Source: a virus
DNA length: 64,000 nucleotides
Reading direction: 5' to 3' (one strand)
Virus record (IMG/VR): IMGVR_UViG_3300037704_000085
Location: 26,834 to 90,833 of that record
In this document: positions 8,600 through 16,971 of the stretch, in pieces
Numbering within the stretch: the first letter of the stretch is position 1
Layout: the number at the start of each line of letters is the position of its first letter
The notes under the pieces: generated by a model
The model's input: the letters and a program-made list of their open reading frames with translations, nothing else
What the model was told of the DNA's origin: nothing
Database searches by the model: none
Made by a program: the position numbers and the translations under genes

Positions 8600-10744
8600 A
8601 TGCCTGTTGTTATCTTCAACCCCACCGTCACCGCCGCCGGCCTCGCGGCGGCGATGAACGCCGATACGACCGGCATCGATCTGGCGATTACCCATGTTGC
8701 GTTTGGGACCGGGGCTTACGACCCGACCGGCGCAGAACCGGCGCTGGTGGCCGAGCAGAAGCGCGTGGCGATTGGCGGCGGATCGTTGGTCGCGCCGACG
8801 CAAGCGCGCATTCTCGCGATATGGTCGAGCGCGGTCGATGTTTGTGCGATCAGCGAAGTCGGGTTCTTTGCCGGCGACATCCTGTTCGCGGTCTGGTCGC
8901 GCGCAACCGGCGGGCCGATTGGATACAAAACGACCGGCGTCGATTTTGTCATGTTCAACGACATCAAGTTCGACGGCATCCCGGCGGGGTCGATTACAGT
9001 ATCGATTGATAGCAGCGGTACGCCCGCTGCGCTGGCGGCGATTATTCAGCATGAAACAGCCGGCGATCCGCATGCGCAATACGAGCTGCGCGACGCGACG
9101 CTGACCGCGCTTGCTGCGCTGGTCACTGCTGCCAATCAAATGGTTTATTCGACCGGGGCCGATACTTTCGAAATGACCGGATTGTCGGCGTTCATGAGAA
9201 CGCTGTTGGACGACGCCGATCAGGCAACGGCACGCGCTACGCTAGGAGCGGCATCGCCGGCTGATATTACAAATGCAATCAACAATTTACTCGGAGCAGT
9301 GCCCGGAGCGCTAGACACGCTGGATGAACTGGCTGCGGCGCTTGGCGATGACGCAAACTTTTCCGTCACGATGACCAACGCGCTGGCCGGCAAAGCGGCC
9401 TTGAGTGGTGCGAACTTCACCGGGCAAGTGCAGGTTCCTGCCGGACTGATAATCAAGTCGCAAGGGGGCGTAGAAGGCGGAGAGTTCCATCTACAAAAGC
9501 CGGACTCCGGCTCTTTGTTGGAAGGGAACTTGTGCATCGACTTGATTGGCAACACGCTTCGGGTTTTCGAGTATGGCGGGGGGGAGCATGGGTTTCTAAT
9601 TGACCTAATGTCGTGCTCCACAGGCATCGGGTCACTGTTGATCACCAACGACAACGTTGCGACACTGAGCAACAAGACGTTCATCTCTGCGGCCCTGACC
9701 GGCACCTCGACTGCACCAACGGCCGCATTCGGCACCAACACGACCCAGCTTGCCAATACCGCATTTGTTCAGGCGGCCGTCGCGGCGATTTTGGATTCCA
9801 CCCCGGATGCCCTCAATACGCTGAATGAACTGGCCGCTGCCCTTGGCGATGATGCGAACTTTGCGACCAACGTCAACAACGCCTTGGCGCAACGCGTGCG
9901 AAAGGACGCCAGCAGCGAATTGGCGGCCGGCGTGATCATTGGTGCACTCACCAACAGCAACAGCGGAATGCCAACGATTGTCGGCGAGCATACCTACGTC
10001 GTGCGGGGCAATGGCGTCGGCCCGGCGCTGATGACGTTCCACCGGCCGGGGGTCTATGCGTCATATTTTGGCCTTGACACCGACAACATTTGGAAGGTCG
10101 GCGGGTGGTCGGCCGGTTCGGTCGCTTACGCGTTATTGCACGAAGGGAACTACACCAGCTATTCGCCATCACTGGTCGGCGGCGGCGCCTCGGGCACGTG
10201 GGGGATCGGCATCACCGGCAACGCGGCGACCGCGACCAAGGCCAGCACGCTGGCGCTAGGTGGCGGCGACGGCTTGGCGATGACCTTCAACTGGACCGGT
10301 CAGGTCGGCCAGCCGACCTGGTTGTGGGGCAGCGACGAAGGGACCACTCACCAGGTTTACAACCCGTCGAACTTCAACGTCAATTACGCGACCTCGGCGG
10401 GGACGGTAACGGACAACGCGATCACCGTCGCCAAGCTCGGCACGACCGAAAAAAAGCAGATCGCCAAGGCCTGGGTCAATTTCGACGGCACCTTGAGCGG
10501 GACGATCACGCCGCGCGCCAGCCACAACGTCAGCAGTGTGACGAAGACCACCACTGGCGATTACACGGTGAACTTCAGTGTGGCAATGCCGGACGCCAAC
10601 TACACCCCAGTCGGTATGTCGCTATTTGACCGATTCATCGGCATCTACAGCATGAGCACCACCGCCGTGCGGGTGGTCAATCGCAACGGGGGAGGTACGT
10701 CTTATGACTCTACGACAATCGCAGTCGCTGTTTTTGGGAACTAA
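8600..10744 (+). CDS. tail fibre protein
   Basis: N-terminal baseplate-attachment domain, DPHAQY, two LDTLxELAAALGDDANF repeats, APTA...TQLANTAFV, C-terminal AKAWVNFDG domain. Confidence 0.9.
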   Translation: MPVVIFNPTVTAAGLAAAMNADTTGIDLAITHVAFGTGAYDPTGAEPALVAEQKRVAIGGGSLVAPTQARILAIWSSAVDVCAISEVGFFAGDILFAVWSRATGGPIGYKTTGVDFVMFNDIKFDGIPAGSITVSIDSSGTPAALAAIIQHETAGDPHAQYELRDATLTALAALVTAANQMVYSTGADTFEMTGLSAFMRTLLDDADQATARATLGAASPADITNAINNLLGAVPGALDTLDELAAALGDDANFSVTMTNALAGKAALSGANFTGQVQVPAGLIIKSQGGVEGGEFHLQKPDSGSLLEGNLCIDLIGNTLRVFEYGGGEHGFLIDLMSCSTGIGSLLITNDNVATLSNKTFISAALTGTSTAPTAAFGTNTTQLANTAFVQAAVAAILDSTPDALNTLNELAAALGDDANFATNVNNALAQRVRKDASSELAAGVIIGALTNSNSGMPTIVGEHTYVVRGNGVGPALMTFHRPGVYASYFGLDTDNIWKVGGWSAGSVAYALLHEGNYTSYSPSLVGGGASGTWGIGITGNAATATKASTLALGGGDGLAMTFNWTGQVGQPTWLWGSDEGTTHQVYNPSNFNVNYATSAGTVTDNAITVAKLGTTEKKQIAKAWVNFDGTLSGTITPRASHNVSSVTKTTTGDYTVNFSVAMPDANYTPVGMSLFDRFIGIYSMSTTAVRVVNRNGGGTSYDSTTIAVAVFGN

Positions 10745-10747
10745 ATC

Positions 10748-11224
10748 ATGACCAACATTGTGTGGCGACAGCCAAGCCAAACCCTTGCCGTGACCAGCAT
10801 CCTAGATGGCTCCGACCCAACCGAACACGCCGCCCTGCTGCAGTCGCGCGGCGATGTGCCGGCCGACTGGGAGGTGGCGGCGCTCAATGTCGGCGAATTC
10901 CCCGAAGGGCCGCAAGAAGCTTGGCGTTTCGTCGGGGGCGTGATCGTGCGCGATGCCGCCGCAGCGACCGCGCTGGCACGCGTGGCAATGGTTGTGTCTC
11001 GACGCCAGATCCGGCAGGCCATGAGCCTCACGCCGTATCAAGCCGGAACGCTCCGCGAAGCTGTCGAAGCGGCGGTCGCTGCCGGCGACCAGAATCTCCA
11101 AGACTGGTGGAATGATGCCAATGAGTTTGAGCGATTGCACCCGGTAGTCGTGGCGATGGCGCAGGCTCTTGGGCAAAGCGACGAACAGGTCGACACGCTA
11201 TTTACGTTGGCGGCATCGCTGTAA
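10748..11224 (+). CDS. tail fibre assembly chaperone
   Basis: follows the fibre; VSRRQIRQA and W..ANEFERLHP...QVDTLF motifs. Confidence 0.65.
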   Translation: MTNIVWRQPSQTLAVTSILDGSDPTEHAALLQSRGDVPADWEVAALNVGEFPEGPQEAWRFVGGVIVRDAAAATALARVAMVVSRRQIRQAMSLTPYQAGTLREAVEAAVAAGDQNLQDWWNDANEFERLHPVVVAMAQALGQSDEQVDTLFTLAASL

Positions 11225-11292
11225 TGATGTACGCCACGGGAGGCGAATCTCACCTTTTTTTGTTCGATCAATCCGATGATGGGGCTTTCTGA

Positions 11293-12069
11293 ATGAACGG
11301 CGCATTTCACCACGTCAAGGTCGGGTTGGGGGAATATCTGACCAAGTGGAAAGAATTTCTGGTCGCCGACACGCCGGGGTTGCAAGCCTACGCCGCCCGG
11401 CCGCTGGCCGAGTCGATTATCTTCGTGCCGGGCCGGCTGGTCGATGCCGCCGAAGAAATGCTGGCTGCGTACCGTCGCAACGACAACCCCGGCGAGTCCG
11501 GCCACAAGTCAAAGCTGCCGGTGGTCCTGATCGGGCTATCGAAGGATTACACACCGACCGATCCGAGTTGGAACCGCCAGCTTGGCGACCGCATGCTGAT
11601 CAAGATCGAAGACGATACGACCGAAGCGCCCGCGTCGATCTACGGCTACCGGCAGGCGGCGGGCGATGTTCGCGCGCAAGTGGTGATCGTCGCCGCCGAC
11701 GAGCCGACCGCGCGCAGCATGACGATTCAGTTCTGCTTGTTCATCGGGGCCGTGGGCAACCGGACCTTCTACGCGGCGCATACGTGGGGGCAGTACGAGA
11801 TTCCCATGGGCACGATGCTCGAAACCCCGGACGTGCCGTTCATGGAGATTGCCACCGATCAGAAGAATCTCACGATGCTGGCCGGCGACCTGAACCTGCG
11901 GGTCGTGATTCCTTACTTCGACGCGCCGGCCGAGGGCGAGCCGAACGACGGCACGGCCAACAATCCGCCGGGCTACCCGTATGTCACCGAGGTTCAGACG
12001 ATCAACAACGTCGCGCGGACAACGGGAACCACGACCGACGCCGGCACGATCTTTACGCCGACCGTATGA
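11293..12069 (+). CDS. virion completion / tail terminator-like protein
   Basis: position in the P1-type tail module; KLPVVLI segment. Confidence 0.45.
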   Translation: MNGAFHHVKVGLGEYLTKWKEFLVADTPGLQAYAARPLAESIIFVPGRLVDAAEEMLAAYRRNDNPGESGHKSKLPVVLIGLSKDYTPTDPSWNRQLGDRMLIKIEDDTTEAPASIYGYRQAAGDVRAQVVIVAADEPTARSMTIQFCLFIGAVGNRTFYAAHTWGQYEIPMGTMLETPDVPFMEIATDQKNLTMLAGDLNLRVVIPYFDAPAEGEPNDGTANNPPGYPYVTEVQTINNVARTTGTTTDAGTIFTPTV

Positions 12070-12959
12070 ACGTCTGGCTGTCCGAGAATAACGAACTCCT
12101 GCCGGGCGATCTGGTCGCGCGGCTGGTGGTGCGTTCCGACCTGACGCCCGTACCGCGCACGGTCGAACTGTCGGTCCGGTTGACCGCCGAAACCGAGGCG
12201 CGCATCAAGGAAGGCGAGTCGATTTGGACCGGGCAAGAGGCGTTGCGCTATCGCATCGTCAAGGTCTCGCGCTCGCCGTCGTCCGGGCTGATTCAGGGCG
12301 ACCGCGAAATGGCCGTTCTGAATGCGACCGCGATCCTGCACATGAGCCATCGCATCGGCTTCCGGGCCGAAAAGGCGGTGATCAAGGAACGGGCGCGCTT
12401 CAGCGACATCTACCGCGCGTGCGGCGCGCAAGTGGCCGTCGCCGATGACTTCGTGGTGCGGCGCTTCTCTTGCTTTTTCGGCCAAGTGCCGAGCTTCCAT
12501 CTGGCGCAGGCGCTGCAAGAGGAAGGCGGCGCGCTGGTGTTGCGCGACAAGAAAATCCGCTTCATGCGCCTGCCGGACCTGTTCAAGCAGGCCCCGGTGA
12601 CCGAACTGGTTCAGTCGGACACCACGGAAACCGATGCCAGCGAGTTCATGGAGCGCCATGAAATCCCCAGCTTCTTTTCGACCGACGACGCCGGGGCCTT
12701 CGTGCGCGGCGACTTCGATCAGGTGCGGGCGGTCAATTACGCGCCGCGCGCCGACGTGCGGACGCTGCGCAACATGAGCCGCGTGCTGGTGACCCGGCGC
12801 GTTCTGAACTCCAACGCCGCCGGAAACATCAACGCGGGCGACCTGATCCGGATCATGGACAAGAATCTGGTGGTCGTGACGGCGGCGCATGCCTTCGAAC
12901 AATCGGACGGAGCGACCGAGGCACGTAGCCGGTTCTGGCTGGCGGAACTCAACAAATGA
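12066..12959 (+). CDS. baseplate hub protein
   Basis: ATGA overlap gives the start at 12066 (the longer ORF call is a shadow extension); directly precedes the spike gene. Confidence 0.6.
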   Translation: MNVWLSENNELLPGDLVARLVVRSDLTPVPRTVELSVRLTAETEARIKEGESIWTGQEALRYRIVKVSRSPSSGLIQGDREMAVLNATAILHMSHRIGFRAEKAVIKERARFSDIYRACGAQVAVADDFVVRRFSCFFGQVPSFHLAQALQEEGGALVLRDKKIRFMRLPDLFKQAPVTELVQSDTTETDASEFMERHEIPSFFSTDDAGAFVRGDFDQVRAVNYAPRADVRTLRNMSRVLVTRRVLNSNAAGNINAGDLIRIMDKNLVVVTAAHAFEQSDGATEARSRFWLAELNK

Positions 12960-13687
12960 GCCTCTATGGCAAATATCCCGCCATCGTGCGGACGTGGGAC
13001 CGGGCGCGGCGCGAATGTCGCGTCGAAATCCCCGGCGTAACGGACGGGGCCGAAGTCCTGCCGCTGGCTGAAATCGCCTACCCGATTGGCGACAAAAGCG
13101 AACACACCGAAATCTACGTGACGCTGGGCGACCGGGTTTGGGTGGAGTTCGAGCGCGGCGACCCGCGTTTCCCGATCATCACCCACTGGCGCACCAAACA
13201 CACCGGCAACGCGCCCCTTTGGCGCAAGTTCCACCATGAGAACCATGAGCGCGAAGCGTTCGACGGCGACATCCACGACACGGCCAGCAACAACATCAAC
13301 ACCGAGGCCGGCAACAACGAGCAGCGGACCATCGGCACGGCATTCACGCTCGACGCCGGTACGACCATCACCCTGCATGTCGGCGGCTCGACGCTGGTCA
13401 TCGACGGCAGTAGCGTGACAATCACGACCGCCGAGGTGACCGTTGATTCGCCGCAATCGACCTTTACCGGCGCGGTGACCGTGCTGGGGCTGCTGACTTA
13501 CGCGGCCGGCATGTCGGGCTCGCCGGGCGCGGGCGGCGGGGCCGGGGCGACCATTTCCGGCAACATCGCCGTGACTTCCGGAAACATCACCACGGACGGC
13601 GACGTGACGGCGGGTAGTATCAGCCTCAAGAATCACACTCACGGCGGCGTACAGCCGGGCGGCAGCAGCACCAGTCCGCCGACATAA
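12956..13687 (+). CDS. baseplate spike protein (gpV/gp5-like)
   Basis: GDRVWVEFERGDPRFPII OB-fold motif, beta-repeats, SLKNHTHGGV tip motif. Confidence 0.9.
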   Translation: MSLYGKYPAIVRTWDRARRECRVEIPGVTDGAEVLPLAEIAYPIGDKSEHTEIYVTLGDRVWVEFERGDPRFPIITHWRTKHTGNAPLWRKFHHENHEREAFDGDIHDTASNNINTEAGNNEQRTIGTAFTLDAGTTITLHVGGSTLVIDGSSVTITTAEVTVDSPQSTFTGAVTVLGLLTYAAGMSGSPGAGGGAGATISGNIAVTSGNITTDGDVTAGSISLKNHTHGGVQPGGSSTSPPT

Positions 13688-13697
13688 GGACTTGACC

Positions 13698-14189
13698 ATG
13701 AAAGACCTGATTTTCTCATTCGATGAAATGGGCTCCCAAAAGGATGCCGCAACCAAGCGCGTGGTCAAACTCTTCGCGCAGGCCAGCACGCCGATTGCGC
13801 AGGGCGAAGTGACGCCCGGCACCAAGCGGACGGCCGGCGTCAGCTACCGCGAAATGCTGCTGACCTTTGTCGACGGGCAAACGATCCTCTTGCGGGTCAA
13901 AAGTACCGGCGACATCTTCCAAGTCATGCTGAACGGCAAGCTGACGCCGATCAAGAACCAGACCGATCATGCCAAAGCGGTTAAGGAACTGGTTGGCATG
14001 CTCGACGCCGGCCGCGCGAAGTACCAGAAGAAGCTTTCGCTGGTCCGCGCCGAACTGCCGAAGGGCATCAAGACCGCCGCGCCGAAAATCGAGGAAGCGC
14101 TGAAGCAGCATAGCGACGAACTCGACACGGCGATTGCCGGCGCACGCGAGAAAATCACCGAACTTCGTACTGAATTGGAGGCCGCATAA
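13698..14189 (+). CDS. hdf: Hdf-like protein (DarA N-terminal domain homologue)
   Basis: KRTAGVSYR...FVDGQTILLRVKSTGDIFQVMLNGK; resembles the FELSDGQTV...LLNKK domain in darA. Confidence 0.65.
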   Translation: MKDLIFSFDEMGSQKDAATKRVVKLFAQASTPIAQGEVTPGTKRTAGVSYREMLLTFVDGQTILLRVKSTGDIFQVMLNGKLTPIKNQTDHAKAVKELVGMLDAGRAKYQKKLSLVRAELPKGIKTAAPKIEEALKQHSDELDTAIAGAREKITELRTELEAA

Positions 14190-15298
14190 TGGCTGCTGTC
14201 TGGGGTAAAACGTCCGCGCCGAAAGGCCCGGTCTTCGATTCCGTCAAAGTGGTTGGCGGGGCCGTATGGGAACGCGCCTTGCCGGCGCTCGATGCGGCTG
14301 ATCCGGTGCTTGATGCCGCCCGCAAGATGAACCAGAAGACCTACGCCGTCTATGTCGTGGTCAATGGCAAGATTGAGTCGGGCTGGGATTTCAACGAGGA
14401 CGCCAAGGAACACAAGGCCGAGAGCCTGCCTGAGAAGTTCAAGGCCACGGCCAAGATCGTTCGCAAGGGCGGCATGAAGGCGCTAGGCATCGACCCGGAC
14501 GACAACGCCAGTTGGATGACCACGGCCGACATGGACGCGGTTGCCGAGGGCGACGGCAAGGAAAAGGAAGGCGACGACGAAGACGACGACACCGACCCCG
14601 AGAAGGAATGGAGCGAGACGCCGGACGAAGAGCCCAAGGACGGCGAGGAAAAGGTTCTCGACGGCGATTTTGTCGGGCACCCGTTCAGAGGGAATGGCTA
14701 CCGAAAAGCCAGCCGGGAATCGGGCGCGGCCGTCAATACGTCGATCCGCGCCAAGCGCGCCGAGAAATCTGGCGACGCCAAGGCGACCAAGACCGCGCAC
14801 AAGGCCGCGCATCACGCGCACGCCGCCGCCGCGCTGACGGCCGACACGAAGAAGGCCAAGAGCTATCACGCGAAGATGGCGACGTTCCACGGCTCGCGGG
14901 CAGGCGGCGCGCTTGACTCTGCCGACGCCGGTATTCCCAACGGCGACGGCATCGCGCTTGACGAGGACGACAGCGCGGCCGACGTATCCGACAGCCAGCC
15001 GGGCCTGTTCGACAGCGCTGCGGCGCTTGACGCGGCCAACGACTACCCGATCTATCACAAGACGTTCTCCGCTGCCGTACAGGCCGCTGCCGCCTACGCC
15101 GAGAAGAAAGGCTTCGCGGTCGATGACGAGGATTGGGATCACAAAGTCGCGATGGGGCCGCGCAAGCCCGACGAAGGCAAGACCAACAGCTACTCGGTGG
15201 CGCTGACCAAGGACGGCAAGGCGAAGAAAAAGGCGCTGCAAATTCAGGTCTACGGCCGGGGCGAGCAGGGCTACGAACTGAATTGCTACGTGTCCTGA
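14189..15298 (+). CDS. putative internal head polyprotein
   Basis: three small modules separated by acidic linkers with many [LFM]D[SAG] motifs. Confidence 0.65.
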   Translation: MAAVWGKTSAPKGPVFDSVKVVGGAVWERALPALDAADPVLDAARKMNQKTYAVYVVVNGKIESGWDFNEDAKEHKAESLPEKFKATAKIVRKGGMKALGIDPDDNASWMTTADMDAVAEGDGKEKEGDDEDDDTDPEKEWSETPDEEPKDGEEKVLDGDFVGHPFRGNGYRKASRESGAAVNTSIRAKRAEKSGDAKATKTAHKAAHHAHAAAALTADTKKAKSYHAKMATFHGSRAGGALDSADAGIPNGDGIALDEDDSAADVSDSQPGLFDSAAALDAANDYPIYHKTFSAAVQAAAAYAEKKGFAVDDEDWDHKVAMGPRKPDEGKTNSYSVALTKDGKAKKKALQIQVYGRGEQGYELNCYVS

Positions 15299-15456
15299 TG
15301 CGATGACCGGACGCCTGATCGTCATCGCTGAGTGGAAGGCCGCGCACCGGCCTTGCCTGACGCGCTGGTGGTGCGGCTTCTGGTGGTCCGGGCAGTGCCT
15401 GAACTGCGCCAAGTTTTCAGCAGGTCAATCGATTCACAACGAAAAGGGGTAGTCCG

Positions 15457-16353
15457 ATGGAAATTCAATTCAAAGATGGTTTGCCGGTGATCTTCGATCC
15501 GGAGACCGGCGAAATGGAACAGTTGGTGACGTGGAAGCGCAACGCCAACAACGAGCGTATCGGCGTCATGGGCAACAACGAGGCGACCGATACGCTGCTG
15601 CCGATCACGCAGTACGACGCGAACGGCAAGGCGACCGGCATCAAGGCCGGCGGCAAGACTGTTCCCGGCACGGCGGCGCTGTCCGGCGGCAGCACGGCGG
15701 CGGTCAGCGTGATCGAAGCGGCGGCGACCTTCACGGCGCAGACGCTGGCCGACAACGGCGGCAACGCGCAAATCGCATCGGCCGGCGTGCATGGCCTGAC
15801 GACCAATCCGGCCGTGGGTGCGAGCGTCTATGTCGCATGGAGCGGCGCGGACCATGCCGGCGTCGATGGCCTGTACGAAGTACTGTCGGTCGATACGACG
15901 CTGGCAATCACGATTGACCTCGCTTACGACGCCGATCTGGGCGTTCCGGCCGTGGCGCTCGCCAATACCGAACTGACCGTCGCGTCGGTGACGGTGCCGG
16001 GCGGCGCGATGGGCGTGAAGGGCAGCTTGGCCGTCGAGGCCCTGCTGTCGCATACCAACAGCGCCGGGGGCAAGACCGTGGGCGTCAAGCTGGGTGGTTC
16101 GGCCGTGGTGACCTACACGGGCGCGGCCAGCAACGACGCGACCATGATCGAGCGCAAGGTCTACAACCGTGCGGCGGCGGTGCAGGTTTCCGCCCCGGTG
16201 GCGCAGGCCGGCGCGGGCTCCGGCGGCGCGCTGGTGGCGTTGACCGTCAATACCGCCGTCGATCAGGCGTTGATCGTGACACTCAAGCCGGCGGTGGCGA
16301 ACGAAGTGATGACGCTGGAAGCCCTGTCGGTGAAGGCGTTTTACGCCGAGTAA
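15457..16353 (+). CDS. putative virion structural (beta-rich) protein
   Basis: GGGG SD; Ala/Val/Thr/Gly-rich; last gene before the terminator. Confidence 0.6.
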   Translation: MEIQFKDGLPVIFDPETGEMEQLVTWKRNANNERIGVMGNNEATDTLLPITQYDANGKATGIKAGGKTVPGTAALSGGSTAAVSVIEAAATFTAQTLADNGGNAQIASAGVHGLTTNPAVGASVYVAWSGADHAGVDGLYEVLSVDTTLAITIDLAYDADLGVPAVALANTELTVASVTVPGGAMGVKGSLAVEALLSHTNSAGGKTVGVKLGGSAVVTYTGAASNDATMIERKVYNRAAAVQVSAPVAQAGAGSGGALVALTVNTAVDQALIVTLKPAVANEVMTLEALSVKAFYAE

Positions 16354-16372
16354 TCGCGGTCAGTAGCGCAAC

Positions 16373-16400
16373 AAAAAGCCCGCTTCGCGCGGGCTTTTTT
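16373..16400. terminator. bidirectional intrinsic terminator
   Basis: AAAAAGCCCGC-TTCGC-GCGGGCTTTTTT between convergent genes. Confidence 0.85.
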
Positions 16401-16410
16401 CATAGGGCGG

Positions 16411-16869
16411 CTAAATCGTCTGAATGCCGTAGAACTCGGCCAGTTCGGACATGCCGCGCACGGCCGAGCCAATCGCCTTCTGCTTGTTGGCGTAGCGCAC
16501 CATGGCAAGGACGGCGATCTGGCCGTTATCCACGTCGGGCGCGACGGCGTATTTGGGGCCGTTGGCATCGACGCCCTGCATTTCGATCTTGTTGGCCGGG
16601 TTGTAGCGGCCAATGGCTTCCACAATATCGACCATGCCCTGCGACTGGCCGGCAAAAAACTCGGCGATGGCCTGCTTCATGTCGGCGTCGATGAATCGGT
16701 AATCGACTTCGGGCAGGTCGAGGTTCGAGACCATCGCGAAGTCGGGCAGCTTCGCTTCGGAGAAGGAAACCTGCTTGGCGATCACAAGGACGCCGGTATC
16801 GTCGTCCAATACGCCGACTAGGGTTATCGGTTGGCCGGCGAAGCCAGCAACTGAGGCCATGATTTTCAA
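16411..16869 (-). CDS. hypothetical protein (lone antisense gene in the late region)
   Basis: AGGAG SD before TTG start; protein-like composition; shares the terminator. Confidence 0.8.
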   Translation of the reverse strand: MKIMASVAGFAGQPITLVGVLDDDTGVLVIAKQVSFSEAKLPDFAMVSNLDLPEVDYRFIDADMKQAIAEFFAGQSQGMVDIVEAIGRYNPANKIEMQGVDANGPKYAVAPDVDNGQIAVLAMVRYANKQKAIGSAVRGMSELAEFYGIQTI

Positions 16870-16923
16870 GGAATTCTCCTGTCGTTAAATTAGCGAACGT
16901 ATAATACGGCTCCGGGGCCGAAT

Positions 16924-16965
16924 CGGAAAGCCCGGCCGCTGCATTTGCCATGGAAAAACGATAAT
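16924..16965 (+). promoter_or_regulatory. putative late promoter for the darA operon
   Basis: CGGAAAG at 16924, GATAAT at 16960. Confidence 0.75.
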
Positions 16966-16971
16966 CACGTC

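Noticed and set aside
15300-15328. Hairpin GCGATGAC...GTCATCGC as a terminator
   Set aside because: No U tract; may be a stability or processing element but is unsupported
11237-15374. Late-promoter-like sites at 11237 and 15333
   Set aside because: Motif degenerate, and spacing or -10 does not match
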